A stretch of 64,000 bases of DNA from Torpedo marmorata (GCA_977017645.1 OZ360236.1:71238001-71302000); one strand, 5' to 3'. Numbered from the stretch's first letter, positions 13,046 through 25,403 are shown. A program made the numbers and translations. The notes: generated by a model from the letters alone, not told the origin.

Positions 13046-13049
13046 TTCT

Positions 13050-14237
13050 TTGGAAGTGATAAAGAATGCAAATAACATATCAGAAATAACTGTAAATCAG
13101 GATTTGGAAGGCAGAGATAACTTGAGAAAATTATAATCACTAAGGAAATGGTACTGAACAAATCATTCAAATTGCAAACTTCAAGGTCTCAGGTCCTGAT
13201 GGACTTTATCTTGGCGTCTTAAAAGAAAAGTCTTATGGGATAGTTAATGCATCATTTTTCATTTTCTAAAATTACCCATATTAGGGAAGGCTCCATTAGA
13301 TGGGAACATAGAAAATGTAATTACTTTATTCAGAAATGGAGATAGAAAGTAGGAAATTACAGGCCAACTAGCTTAACATTTGCCATTAGGAAAATTAACA
13401 ACCAAACTAAAGATATTAATGGCAGAGCACTTGCAAGGTAATCAGGCAAAGTCAAAATGTTTTATGAAAGAGAATCATATTTTGAACCAGTCTGAGTTTC
13501 AAGTTTATTTGCCACAAAACATCTATTACAGTGAGAAGGGTTCTTCGAAGCACAGACCAACAGGTGACCTCTAACATTACGTTCAGCCATCTATAGAGCA
13601 CAATTTACAGAGTATAGTATAATGAAAAGGACAATCAATTAGCACCAAGCAAAGGCAGCAAGACAGCACTGTTATGGGGTTCATTCAAGAGCTTGATGGC
13701 TGCAAGGAAGAAACTTGTCTTGAAGCCTGTTGGTGTGTGATTCCACCCTTAAGCTTCCTCCCCTTTATGAGGAGGGATAAGAGAGTGTGTCTAGGGTGCG
13801 ATGGGTCTTTCAGTATGTTGGCTGCCTTTCCTAACAGTGGGAGATGTACATGGAGTCCACAGAGGGAGGAAAGTTTTTGTTATATTTTGAGCTGCATTCA
13901 CTACCTTCTGTAGCTTCTTTCAATCTTGATAGGATAGTTAAGAAGGCCTATGGGATGTTGGGCTTTATTAAAAGGAGGATTGAGTTCAAGAGTTAAGAGG
14001 TCATATTGCAACTCTACAAATCTCTGGTGAGACCACACTTAAGAGTATTGTGTTCAGTTCTGGTCACCTCCTTATGGAAAGGATGTGGAAGTTATGGAGA
14101 AGGTGCAGAGGAGATTTACCAGGATGTTGCCTGAATTGGAAAATAAGTCTTATTAGGCAAGGTTAGCAGAGCTGTGATTTTTCTCTTTGGAGAATAGAAG
14201 GATGAGAGGACACTTAATAGAGGTCTACAAGATTTTG
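13050..14237. mobile_element. Mosaic of old CR1 (+) and Rex1 (-) fragments
   Basis: CR1-like GPDG / GNYRP.SLT remnants at 13050-13480, a Rex1 3' end on the minus strand at about 13490-13930, and CR1 LVRPHL.YCVQFWSP at 13930-14237. Confidence 0.6.
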
Positions 14238-14391
14238 GGCGGCAGAGTTGGCATAGCGGTTAGCGCGACGCCTTTACAGCGCCAGCGATCGGGACCAGAC
14301 CAGGGTTCGAATCCCGCGCTGTCTGTAAGGAGTTTGTACTTCTCCCCGTGTCTGCGTGGGTTTTCTCTGGAGGCTCCGCTTTCCTCCCACC
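14238..14391 (+). mobile_element. tRNA-derived V-SINE-like head, 3'-truncated
   Basis: TGGCATAGCGG A-box and GGTTCGAATCC B-box; same family as 4843-5110. Confidence 0.75.
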
Positions 14392-15257
14392 AAATCTCCT
14401 CAGACACCTCACAAAGTATAGCCGCTGGCAAGACTTCTTTGTGATTGCATCAATGTGGAGGCTCCAGGGCAGATCCTCGGAGATGTTGACACCCAGGAAT
14501 TTGAAGTTCTTGACCCTCTCCACTACTGAGCCCTCGATGAGGACTGGGTCGTGTTCCCCTGACATCCTCCTGAAGTCCACAATCATCTCCTTGGTTTTGC
14601 TGACGTTGAGCGCAAGGTTGTTGTCGTTACACCATTCAACGAGCTGATCTATCTCCCTCCTGTACGCTTCCTCGTTGCCGTTTGTGATTCTGCCGATAAC
14701 TGTGGTGTCATCGGTAAACTTGTAGATGGCATTGGAATTGTGCCTGGCCACACAGTCATGGGTGTATAACGAGTAGAGCAGTGGGCTAAAGCACGCATCC
14801 TTGGGGTGCGCCTGTGTTGATAATCAGTGAGGAGGAGACGTTGTTTCCAATTCGTACTGCCTGTGGTCTTCCGATGAGAAAGTCAAGGATCCAGTTGCAG
14901 AGTGGGGTACAGAGGCCTAGAGTTTGTAGCTTCTTGACCAGCACTGAGGGAATAATGGTATTGAAGGCCGAGCTGTAGTCGATGAAGAGCAGCCGTATGT
15001 ATGAATTGCTGTTTTAGAGGTGATCCAGAGTGGAGAGCCAGCGATATTGCATCTGCTGTGGAGCGATTGTGACAATAGGCGAATTGTAGTGGGTCCAGAT
15101 CTTTGCTTAGGTACGTGTTAATTCTGGCCATGACCAGCCTCTCAAAGCATTTCATCACAGTAGAAGTTAGTGCTACCTGGCGGTAGTCGTTGAGGCAGCT
15201 CACACTACTCTTCTTGGGTACCGGGATGATTGATGCCCTTTTGAAGCAGGTGGGAGC
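14392..15257 (-). mobile_element. Rex1/Babar LINE reverse transcriptase fragment
   Basis: Encodes [21 protein letters not shown]...DPLQFAY and KFTDDTTVIGRI...WCNDNNLALNVSKTKEMIVDFRR. Confidence 0.85.
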
Positions 15258-16057
15258 CTGATTTGAAGCTTTAAATCCCTCTCTGGCTGTTACTCATGGC
15301 AGATGGATGTGGATTACAAACTGCCCCCAACTCGAGGCATCTTCAAGATGGCCACCATTTTATTTTATTTTAAATATCAGTCCAAAGCACAGAGAGATTA
15401 TTCTATCTTCTTTCCTTCAATTTTCTGTTCCAAACATCCACTTTTATTGACTATATTATGGTGACTTCGATCCAATAATAGTCACCTGGAGGCTAAGTGA
15501 GATACTTGTCTTTGACGCGTTTCAATTAATTTACCAACAAAGTCCAATATGTTCAAAAACTTTATTTACACACGTGACTTGCAGAAATCTTCAATGACTT
15601 AAATATAAACAGTTCTTGATAACGATGTATGAGTTCCTTTAAATGATTCCTTTGACTGTATTTAGATGCTCAATTAAACGACTTTAAACCACAAAGAAAA
15701 TAGTTTAAAAGTTCTATGAAACGCTCGATGAAACGATGTATGAAACGGTCAATAAAAGATATGGCGATCTCACTCACCCTCCTACGTCGCCATCTTTTTT
15801 CCTATTCTTTCCGATTCGCGCATGCTCCATGCTCCTATTCCACTGCGCACGCTCCACCGCGCATACTACATCTCCCACACTACACCGCGCACAATGTCGT
15901 CAATTCCAGACTGCGCATGCGCCCATCGGAAGTCCAGCGCATGCGCAGAGCACTAAACAGGCCGAGGACGGCCTACAGACACCGCGACTCCTCCACAACC
16001 CGTCGAGGCATCGGAGCGCCGCGACCAAGGTAAGTTATTAAGCCTACGGCTCTTACA
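15258..16057 (-). mobile_element. Truncated BEL/Pao element: 5' LTR (about 15457-16057) plus leader
   Basis: On the minus strand it starts TGTAAGAGCCGTAGGCT, like the 25552 LTR (TGTAAGAGCCATAGGCT). It shares the U5 block (GGACTTTGTTGGTAAAT...TTAGCCTCCA) and the leader (TGTTTGGAACAGAAAA..GAAGGAAAGAAGATA) with 26085-26370. Confidence 0.8.
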
Positions 16058-17172
16058 GGGGTGTTACTAATGTTATGGACCATGACTGACCATTTGGACT
16101 GCGGACGGTCAGCAGGAAGGATGAAGTATTTTGGAGTATACACTGGGACCAGGTACTGAAAGAGATAACTTGCCCAGGACTTGGTGTACCCAGAGAGAGA
16201 GAGAGAGAGCAGAGAGAGAGAGAGACAGGCTGTGGAAAAGATACTTTGTTGCACTTTTGCAAAAGCAGGTGCAGACCTCTGCAAAAGCAGGCAGTTTGGA
16301 GTTGCAAAGGCTAGAGAACACAGCCAAATCCAGGCTTGTGCATCCCAGAGAAAAGGCTGGAAGAATAGCACATGGCCTCCTGTCTCATAGAAATCCTGAG
16401 TTAAAAGCAACTTTTGTGGAGAACAGGCGTGAGATCAGCGAGACCAGCTGTGAGATCCAAGCACACGCCTCAATCAGTGGTATACTGATCTGAATTCGCA
16501 ATCCTTATGAAAACACAAGAAGGGAACGTCATCAGAGAAGAAAAACAAGCCAAGTATTTGTAAGCATAAACAGTCATTGTCTCTCTCCAACGTTCATTCA
16601 GAAGTACTTCTACCAGCACACAGAGCTGAATTTGAAACCTGAACTTAGAGAGTGAATTTTTGTGGACTGTATTATTCTTTTTTTGACTGACTTGTTTTTA
16701 TGACTGACCTGGGGTTTTTTGGGGAAAGTTTTTCCATTTTTACATAAGTGTTGGGCACAGACTGTAATGGTCTGGGCTTTACACACATACACACACCTTT
16801 TAGATAAGAATAGTATTTATAGACGTTTATAGTGGGGTTAATTGTTGTGAAATTATATGTTTAATTGTCTTTAATAAATATAAATTTCAATGTTACCCCT
16901 TTTGCATTGCGTCTTCTGTCGTTGCTGGTTTGATTTTGTAACACTAAATACTGACCATACAGGGTGCCCAAACTTTTACTTCGGGCCCTTTTCCTTTTTT
17001 GTTATTTTGAAACTAAAAGATGGAAATAAAAAAGTAATCTTGCTTAAAATATTAAAAAAATGTGTCATCTTTAACTTTATGCCTTTTGGAAATCAGGTCA
17101 TCTTTTACTCGCTTAGCTATTCACAGTAACAGAAATTTTGACCAGGGGTGCCCAAACTTTTGTATACCACTG
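16058..17172 (+). mobile_element. Tc1-like transposon right end (interrupted by a solo LTR)
   Basis: Removing the LTR restores the transposase C-terminus G-V-T-K-Y-stop (ggt gtt act aaa tac tga). It is followed by a ~210-bp IR/DR-type end with two GGGTGCCCAAACTTTT repeats, ending CCACTG-TA. Confidence 0.7.
16071..16943 (+). mobile_element. Solo LTR (Gypsy/Gmr1-like family)
   Basis: TGTTA...TAACA termini with 4-bp TSD CTAA (16067-16070 and 16944-16947); homologous to 20089-20990. Confidence 0.9.
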
Positions 17173-17822
17173 TATGATGATTTTGATAAAGGCACTAATG
17201 TAAAGACTGCCAAATTCCCCAAAGATACAAAGATAAGTAGGAAAATAAGTTGTGAAGAGAACATAAGGAAGCTACAAAGGGTCAGATTAAGTGAGTGGGC
17301 AAAGATCTGCCAAAATGAGTATAATGTGGGAAAATGTGAAATTGTCTATTTAGGCAGGAAAACTAAAAGAGAAGAAGTGAAAGACTCGGGCTCTGGGACT
17401 CCAGGGGTGGATAAACAATGTTTTGATTTTAAAATATATCTCCTTTTTTTTTACAAATTGCTCATCGACTTTGCCCTCCCTATTTCTCGTCTTCTCCAGT
17501 TTTATAATACTTTACAAAATTGTGGAAATTCAAGGCCATTGACTGCTCTGTGTCTATTGTAGGTGAAATAGAAACACCCACCCTGTTCTCACTTTCAAGT
17601 TCTTGGTCCACTTGTAAATTACACAAAACCTCAAATGCATATTCAAATATGTTTCAAATGCTTTGAGTTTCAGCCTTTACCACTGTATTAGGCTAAGTTC
17701 CAGGTGTTTACCAACAATTTCAAATCCTTCTTTTGCATGATAGGGAAACATCTTATACAATTATGCAAAGCAAAAGCCATTTCATACTCCTACCCTACAC
17801 AATTAGACAAAAAAAAACTCAC

Positions 17823-17995
17823 CAGTTTACTCAAGAAGTTCCGACTGATTTTCCTAACTTCTCCTTTATATCGTACACAAGCAATGTCATTTTCAAAGTG
17901 CATTTCAACACGTGGGAGTGGAATTGTAGGGTATGCAAGCCTTGAAGGATAACAGTAAACCAACCTGTCCATTACCTCTGGCCTTTCCAATTCTT
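17823..17995 (-). CDS. PCIF1: PCIF1 coding exon
   Basis: Encodes (E)ELERPEVMDRLVYCYPSRLAYPTIPLPRVEMHFENDIACVRYKGEVRKISRNFLSKL, matching PCIF1. Acceptor cacag, donor gtgagt; 173 bp, phase 1 to 0. Confidence 0.95.
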
Positions 17996-18853
17996 CTGTG
18001 GGAAAGCAAACAATAAAATTTCATTAACGAGTCAGAACAAGAAAAATAAAATATGGTTAAATATACTTTGTACAAGGTATAAAGTAGACGTGGATAATCA
18101 AATTGTAAATCAAATCATTGCAAAGGAAAATTGAACATTTGAAGGAATAATGCATGCAAGTTGAAAGATTTCAGAACATTTGCATCCAATCTCCTCTTAA
18201 AAGATGGCAAACAAGATTTCTATTAACATTTACATTGTTAACTCTGTATTAAAATAAATAAATGGTAAACAGAATTCCAGGAAATGCTTTTAAAGCACCG
18301 AGGTGCTCTGCAAAGCAAGTTTTAAAAATGTAAAATTTCACAGAACATTATTATTTTTAAAGAGAACTTTAATTCATTTTTGTTTATCAGAGTCCTTTAG
18401 GGGAGAATTCTTGTCATCTTTACCTGATCTCTTCACATGTGACTCTTTACACACCAACATGGTTGACTCATAAATGGCCTCAGAAGTGAACTAGTACATT
18501 ACTCAGTAATACCATTATTGTCACGAGAAAACAAAGAAAATAACCAAATGAACCACCTGACACTGACCAAGGCATAAAGTGACCACTGCAGTTGTGGAGA
18601 CAAAATCTTGTCCTCATGCCAAGAACCGAATCCATCATGTTGGATGGCACTAATACAGTTGTGGTAAATGGGCTACATTCAAATTTGGGTATCCATTAGG
18701 TACTGATGACCACCACAGTTTGTAGCGTGTGGCCCAGTATATTCCACATTTCACCATTGTCAATCTCGGAGATCAACACTGGTTCAACAAAGAGCACAGA
18801 AGGACATGCCAGACCAGGCATATCTAAACTTGGTGTTAAGATAGCTCTAACTA

Positions 18854-19319
18854 CAGGTGCTCCTCAACTTACGATGGGGTTGCGTTCCGGCAAACCCATC
18901 GTAAGTCGAAAAAGAATACCGTACCTACCATTTTTTATAATAAAATTTTGAATACCTTTATTCCACACTGAAAAAACCATTAACGTACACAGCTGAAAGC
19001 ACATGGGCATGAAGAATGTTTGAAGCATTGAACTAAAATTAATTGCTGGATGGTGGGGATGCTAAAGCGACAGGGTCATCAATTTCACTCGTTCGTGTGA
19101 TCGCAGCGACTGCGAGCGTGGTTGAGTCAGCATCGCGAGAGAGTATGCTGTACGATACTCTCGTGCAATGCTGCCATCGCCCAGCATTGTGAGAGAGAGT
19201 AGCGTACCGCATATCGCAAGCGCGGGAACAGATTGGAATTCAAAATTGAAAGTACGGATTCGAACCATCGTAACTTCGAAAAATCGTAAGTCGGACCATT
19301 GTAATAAAGGGAGCACCTG
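18854..19319. mobile_element. Tigger/pogo-type MITE
   Basis: Termini CAGGTGCTCC / GGAGCACCTG with subterminal ATCGTAAGTCG motifs and a TA TSD; inserted in an old LINE-like remnant. Confidence 0.8.
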
Positions 19320-20088
19320 TAATCTCAATCAATGGATCAGATGACTGTTCTGTGTCCTACCAAATCTAGTCATGAATGGTGGTGGACAATTAAACAGTTA
19401 ACAGGAGGAAGGGAATCCAAGAACATTCTATACTTAATATAGCTGGGTCCAACATGAGTGCTAAAGAAAAGGCTAAATTATTTCCAACTGTGTTAGGCCA
19501 TAAGTGCTGTGTGGATGATGCATCTTGACTTTTTCCCCGAGATTTTCACCATCACAGAAGCCAGATTTCAGCCGATTTAATTCATTCCTCATGATATCAA
19601 GAAACGCCTGAAAGCAATGAATACAGCAACGGACTTGAGAACCAAACAACATCCCTCTCGTGGCACATGCTATGTCTCTAGCTAAGCTGTTCCAGTATTT
19701 ACAATATTGGTTGGCATTTACCAGACAAAATGAAAGATTTCCTGTTCACCTCACTCACAAATAGACTGCCCGGTTTGGGTTCTGCCAAGGCAATTAGATT
19801 CTAGGTCCCATCACTTCCTTTGCCCAAATATAAATTCCAGAGGTAAGGTGAGAACAACAGCCCTTGAAATCAAGGCAGCATTTGGAACCATGGAAAAAAT
19901 TCAAATGAGTGGACACTCCAAAACTTGGAGTCATTAATGGGAAAGATAGGAATACATAGGTATAATTTAATATCCATTACAAAAACATCATTGAAAAGCG
20001 ACTATGACGAGAAATGAAAGATTCCAGAAGAGATTGGTAAAATGGAAAAGGATTTGTAGTATCAAGGCTTTGATAGTACAGAATGAGT

Positions 20089-20990
20089 TGTTACAAATTC
20101 AAACCAGCAACGACAGAAGACGCAATGCAAAAGGGGTAAAATTGAAATTATTATTTATTAAACACAAGTAAACATATAATTTCACAACAATTAACCGCAC
20201 TATAAACGTCTATAAACTCTATTCTTATCTAAAAGGTGTATGTGTGTGTGTGTAAAGCCCAGACCATTACAGTCTGTGCCCAACCCTTATGTAAAAATGG
20301 AAAAACTTTCCCCAAAAACCCCAGGTCAGTCATAAAAAACAAGTCAGTCAAAAAAAAGAGGATAATACAGTCGACAAAATCCACTCTCTAAGTTCAGGCT
20401 TCAATACAGCTCTGAGTCTGGTAGAAGTACTTCTGAATGAACGTTGGAGAGAGACAATGACTGTTTATGCTTACAAATACTTGTTTTCTTCTCTGATGAC
20501 GTCCCCTTCATGTAGGTTCATAAGGATTGCAAGTTCCAGATCAGTATACCACTGATTTAGGCGTATGCTTGAATCTCACAGCTAGTCTCGCTGATCTCAC
20601 GCCTGTTCTCCACAGAAGTTGCTATTTCTCAGAATTTCTCTGAGACAGGAGGCCATGTGCTATTTTGCCAGATTTTCTCTGACTTTGCACACACCTGGAT
20701 TTGGCTGTGTCTTGTAGCCTTGCAACTCACAACTGTGTCTGCTTTGCAGAGATCTGCCCCTGCTTTTTGCAAAAGTGAAACAAATGTATCTTGTCCAGTC
20801 TGAGTCTGTCTCTCTCTCTGGTCTCTCTCTGTCTGGGTACACCAAGAGTGCAACAATGTATCTTGTCTGGGTACACCAAGTAGCTGGGGAAGTTAACTCT
20901 TTCAGTACCTGGCCCCAGTGTATACTCCAAAAGAATTCATCCTTCCTGCTGACCGTCCGCAGTCCAAATGGTCAGTCATGGTCCATAACA
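20089..20990 (-). mobile_element. Solo LTR, inverted copy of the 16071-16943 family
   Basis: TGTTA...TAACA termini with 4-bp TSD GAGT (20085-20088 and 20991-20994). Confidence 0.9.
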
Positions 20991-21037
20991 GAGTTAAAAG
21001 CAATAAAAGCATCTTACCCCACATCAATAAATAGAAT

Positions 21038-21230
21038 CAGGAGACACAGATTGCAGATGCTGGAATCTGGAGCAAAAAACAATCTTCTGGAGGAACTCAG
21101 AGGGTCGAGCAGCATCAGTAGGAGAAAATGAATTGTCAGCATTTCGGTAAGAACCCTTCATCAAGATATGACTAAAAAATAATTTTTCTCCCTCTGATGC
21201 TGTTCAATCTGCTGAATTTCTCCAGAAAAA
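21038..21230. mobile_element. Short fold-back Penelope pLTR derivative (old)
   Basis: Inverted arms CTGGAGGAACTCAG..GCAGCATCAG / CTGATGCTG..CTGAATTTCTCCAG. The minus strand carries a hammerhead-like TTGATGAAGGGTTCTTACCGAAA motif. Confidence 0.6.
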
Positions 21231-21523
21231 ATACAAGGCATACCCTAAATCAGGAAATTAGAAGTGCACGTAACAAGGGAGACTTTAGTCTAAATTTCGG
21301 GTGAACAAGTTAAATTGTTAGTAATACTGCAGAGGATAAATTCATGGAGTATATAACAGATGGTTTTCTAAGTCAGTATGTTGAGGAACTAATGAGGGAA
21401 CTGGATATTTTAGATCTAGAATTGTATATTAAGAATGGGTTAATTTGTAATCTGGTATTTAAAGGGTTTTGAGAGGATCATGATCACAATATGATAAGAG
21501 TTTTACATAAAAAATGAAAATGA

Positions 21524-24500
21524 AAAATGGAAAAATTAATTGGTAGAACAAAGCAAAGATATTATGAATTGGGAGAAAGAGCACATAAAGTTTTAGCATG
21601 GCAATTAAAGAAAGAACAAGTTTCCAAAACTATAAATGCTATAAAGAAGAGTAATGGAGATATAACTTATAAACCTCAAGAAATAAACAATTCTTTTAAA
21701 GAATATTATCAAAATTTATATACTTCACAAATGAGTCAAGATGTTGTAAAAATTGATGATTTTTTATCTAAAATTATGTTGCCCAAATTAAATAGTTCTA
21801 ATAGAGATTTGTTAGATCTACCAATTACAATGAGAGAAGTAGGTGAAGCTTTATCATCATTGAATAGTGGTAAATCTCCTGGTGATGATGGATTTCCTGT
21901 AGAGTTTTATAAGAAGTTTAAAGATTTATTGATACCTATATATATGGAAGTATTGACTCAAATAAAGGAAACTCAGTTATTACCGAAAACTTTTTTAAAT
22001 GCTGTTATTACAGTTATACCAAAGAAGGATAGAGATGTATTGAAAACTGAATCGTATAGACCTATATCATTGTTAAATGTAGATTATAAATTAATGGCGA
22101 AAATCTTGACAAATAGACTAGCTAAGTTTTTACCATTTTTAATACATTCAGATCAAGCAGGATTTATTAAAAATAGATATTCAAAGGATAATATAGCAAG
22201 ATTAATAAGTTTGATTAATTTACAAAAGAAGAAACAGGATTTACCGTTAGTGATAGCATTAGATGCAGAAAAAACATTTGATAGGTTAGAGTGGAAGTTT
22301 TTATTTAAGGTTTTAGAGAAATATGGATTTGGAAATACGTTTATAAATTGGATTAAAACTATATATAAGGAACCTACAGCTAAAGTAATTACAAATGGTC
22401 AAATATCATCTAAATTTTCTTTGACACGGTCAACAAGACAAGGATGTCCATTGTCACCTGCCTTATTTGTATTGGCAATAGAACCGTTGGCGGAAATGAT
22501 CAGGAAAGATATGAATATAAAAGGGATAAAAGTAGGTGCAGAAGAGCATAAAATTAGTTTGTTTGCAGATGATGTATTAATATATATGACAAAGTCTATT
22601 GAATCACTTCAACAATTAGATAAAATATTGAGGGATTATGGTGAAATATCTGGATATAAAATAAATTCGGATAAAAGTGAGATAATGGCTTTATCTCAAG
22701 GAGATTATACTAAATGTAAAGAAGTTACAAAATTTAAATGGGCTAAAGAAGCTATTAAATATTTAGGAGTTAAAGTGGATACAAAGTTAGAAAATTTATA
22801 TAAATTAAATTACATACCTTTATTTCAGAAAATAAAGAAGGATTTGGATAATTGGAAAGATTTACCTATAACTTTAATAGGAAGAGTGAATTGTATTAAA
22901 ATGAATATTTTTCCAAGAGTTCAATATCTTTTTCAATCTATACCTTTTGGTATTCCCCAAAATTTTTTAAAAGATTTAAAAAGTAATATTAGAAAGTTTT
23001 TATGGAAAGGAAAACTGGCAAGAGTAAGTATGGATAAATTAACTTGGGAATATGAAATGGGTGGATTACAACTTCCTAATTTTCAATATTATTATAAGGC
23101 AGCACAATTAAAATTTATAAATGAATTATTTGATTTAACTAAAAATACGGCATGGATTAATATAGAATTAAGTAATATAGGAGAAAGAAATAAGGAAGAT
23201 ATTATTTATAAATGGAATTCTAAATTATTATTGATTAAAAAGAAAAAGTCACCGATTATTAGACACTTATTAGAGATTTGGAATCAATTAGATAATGAAA
23301 TAGGGCGAAAAGGATCAATTTCTTTAAATATGCCATTATATCAGAATTTATTATTACCATTTTCTATGGATAATCAATTTTTAAAATTATGGTATCAAAA
23401 AGGAATTAAGAAGATTAAAGATTGTTTTGAGGCAGGAAGATTTGTAACTTTTTCCAGATTGAAAGAAAAATTTGGAATAATGGATAATACAATTTTGGCT
23501 TATTATCAAGTTAAAGGATTTTTAGTTGAGAAATTGGGGAATCAATTAATATCTCCTAGACAGGATGGGTTAGAGTTACTAATTACTAATGGAAATGTTA
23601 ATAAATTTATATCGCAAATGTATAAATTATTTCAGAAAAAGATACCTAAAGTAGGATTGCATAAATCTAGATTAAATTGGGAATCAGATCTAAATACTAA
23701 TATAGATGAACAACACTGGAAAGAATTGTGTAAATTGAGTATGACTAAGATTATTAATGTTAGATATAGATTAGTACAGTATAATTTTTTTCATCAATTA
23801 TATATAACACCCAAAAAATTAAAGAAATTCAATCCGGCATTGTCAGATATGTGTTTTAGATGTAAAGATGAAATAGGTTCCTTTGTACATTGTACATGGT
23901 CATGTTCGAAAATTAAAATTTTTTGGTCTAAAGTCAAAGATTTTTTAGATAGAATTTTTAATATTATGATTCCAATGGATCCTATGATATTTTTATTTGG
24001 AGATATAAAAAAAATGAGTATTAGAAATAGATTAAATATGTACCAAATAGAATTTTTACGAATCGTATTAGCTGTTTCAAAAAAATGTATTGCTATTACT
24101 TGGAAATCAGATTTAGATTTGAATTTAGATAGATTACATGCAGAGTTACGTTCTTGTATACCACTGGAAAAAATTACGTATAATTTGCGAGACAAATATC
24201 ATTTCTTTTTGAAAATTTGGAGCCCATATATGAGAATTATGGGTATGAATTAATTCTCTAAAAGTTAGTACCGCTGACAAAAGTATCCTCCATATATAAA
24301 TAGAGTTAGTCTGAAATAGTTTTCTCCTCATACTAACTCTCTTAATTTTATTTCTCATTCTATTTCTTTCCTTTTAACTAACATTTCTATATATTCTTTT
24401 TTTTTCTCTTTATTAGAATAGTGTGGGAGGGCTAGGGAGGGGAGGGAGGGAAGGGGGGTTGGTAAAAATATCACATGTATTTTGATAATATATTATTTTG

Positions 24501-24546
24501 AATATGTATTTTGTGATTTTAAAAATTAAATAAAAATTAAAAAAAA
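21524..24546 (+). mobile_element. L1-clade LINE, 5'-truncated, AT-rich family
   Basis: Open ORF2 remnant, G-rich 3' UTR, AATAAA and poly(A). TSD approximately AAAAAATGAAAATGA at 21509-21523 and ending at 24561. Confidence 0.92.
21527..24253 (+). CDS. L1 ORF2p (RT plus C-terminal Cys/His motif; endonuclease lost by truncation)
   Basis: 908-aa open frame with YRPISLLN, QGCPLSP, FADD and CFRC...H..WSC. Confidence 0.9.
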   Translation: MEKLIGRTKQRYYELGERAHKVLAWQLKKEQVSKTINAIKKSNGDITYKPQEINNSFKEYYQNLYTSQMSQDVVKIDDFLSKIMLPKLNSSNRDLLDLPITMREVGEALSSLNSGKSPGDDGFPVEFYKKFKDLLIPIYMEVLTQIKETQLLPKTFLNAVITVIPKKDRDVLKTESYRPISLLNVDYKLMAKILTNRLAKFLPFLIHSDQAGFIKNRYSKDNIARLISLINLQKKKQDLPLVIALDAEKTFDRLEWKFLFKVLEKYGFGNTFINWIKTIYKEPTAKVITNGQISSKFSLTRSTRQGCPLSPALFVLAIEPLAEMIRKDMNIKGIKVGAEEHKISLFADDVLIYMTKSIESLQQLDKILRDYGEISGYKINSDKSEIMALSQGDYTKCKEVTKFKWAKEAIKYLGVKVDTKLENLYKLNYIPLFQKIKKDLDNWKDLPITLIGRVNCIKMNIFPRVQYLFQSIPFGIPQNFLKDLKSNIRKFLWKGKLARVSMDKLTWEYEMGGLQLPNFQYYYKAAQLKFINELFDLTKNTAWINIELSNIGERNKEDIIYKWNSKLLLIKKKKSPIIRHLLEIWNQLDNEIGRKGSISLNMPLYQNLLLPFSMDNQFLKLWYQKGIKKIKDCFEAGRFVTFSRLKEKFGIMDNTILAYYQVKGFLVEKLGNQLISPRQDGLELLITNGNVNKFISQMYKLFQKKIPKVGLHKSRLNWESDLNTNIDEQHWKELCKLSMTKIINVRYRLVQYNFFHQLYITPKKLKKFNPALSDMCFRCKDEIGSFVHCTWSCSKIKIFWSKVKDFLDRIFNIMIPMDPMIFLFGDIKKMSIRNRLNMYQIEFLRIVLAVSKKCIAITWKSDLDLNLDRLHAELRSCIPLEKITYNLRDKYHFFLKIWSPYMRIMGMN

Positions 24547-24584
24547 AAAAAATGAAAATGATAGTTTAATTTAAATAACATAAT

Positions 24585-25403
24585 TGAAGATACAAAATTC
24601 CTTTATTGTCATGTAATAAAAACAGTGCAATATTACACAGAATTTGCTTTCGTCTGTCATAAGGCAGACAGATTCACCATCAGCAGAAATTGCCTGAAGT
24701 GCCTCTTAGTCAGAGAAAGAGAAGCAAAAGAGAATCCCCCCAGAGTCATTAAGTGTACATGGATTCGCCTCCAGCGCTGCCGCAGCCCCGCAGCCACACA
24801 GCTTTTGATCCAAACTGAGCTCCAGATCCGAACCTCTGACATGATCAGGAAACCTTCAGCTCCCTCGGCACCCTCTCGCATCTCGGTTCTGATACCTGGT
24901 ATCCCCTCAGCCAATCTCGAGTCAGTCTCCAGCAGTCTGCCGCCTGGTGTGAATCTCTCGACTGCAGTCGTCAGCAGCCTGCGTAGGTTCCTAGCTACGA
25001 GTAGTTAACAGCCCACCGCCTGTGTGTTCTTCAACTGCAGAACCCCTCACTGGTCCGCTGCCGTGGTCACCGCCTTGTGGGTCGTTTCCTCTGCTTCTCT
25101 TTCTCAAATGGCGTTCTCCCCGTTTTCTGGTGCCCTGCGCCAGTCCTCTGCTTCCCTGGAGTCTGCAACCCCTCGTGGCTGCTGCCGAACATAGGCGCTG
25201 CCATCTAGGGCGCAGACCCCGTGGTCGCATAATTTTTAAATAAAACCGTCGGCTCCTTTAATGGGCCATTTAAAGCCTGCACGTAGCTAACGGCAGCCGG
25301 ACTGGGCGGTTGGACCATGCGAGTCTCTGCTCCTTGCTCTCCTCATTTTATTACCAGCGGCAGCGCTGCCGTTTCAGTAGCTCTGGCAGCGCCGCCATTT
25401 TTT
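24585..25403 (-). mobile_element. Non-coding non-autonomous retroelement with LINE-like ends
   Basis: The minus strand starts AAAATGGCGGCGCTG, is GC-rich, and ends with a Rex1-like CATGACAATAAAGG tail. No credible ORF; TSD not resolved. Confidence 0.5.

Noticed and set aside
14238-14320. tRNA gene
   Set aside because: The A and B boxes run into a SINE body shared with 4843-5110, and there is no clean cloverleaf or terminator.
16071-20990. A single large TIR transposon that captured a PCIF1 exon
   Set aside because: Each repeat has TG..CA ends and its own distinct 4-bp TSD, so they are two independent solo LTRs.
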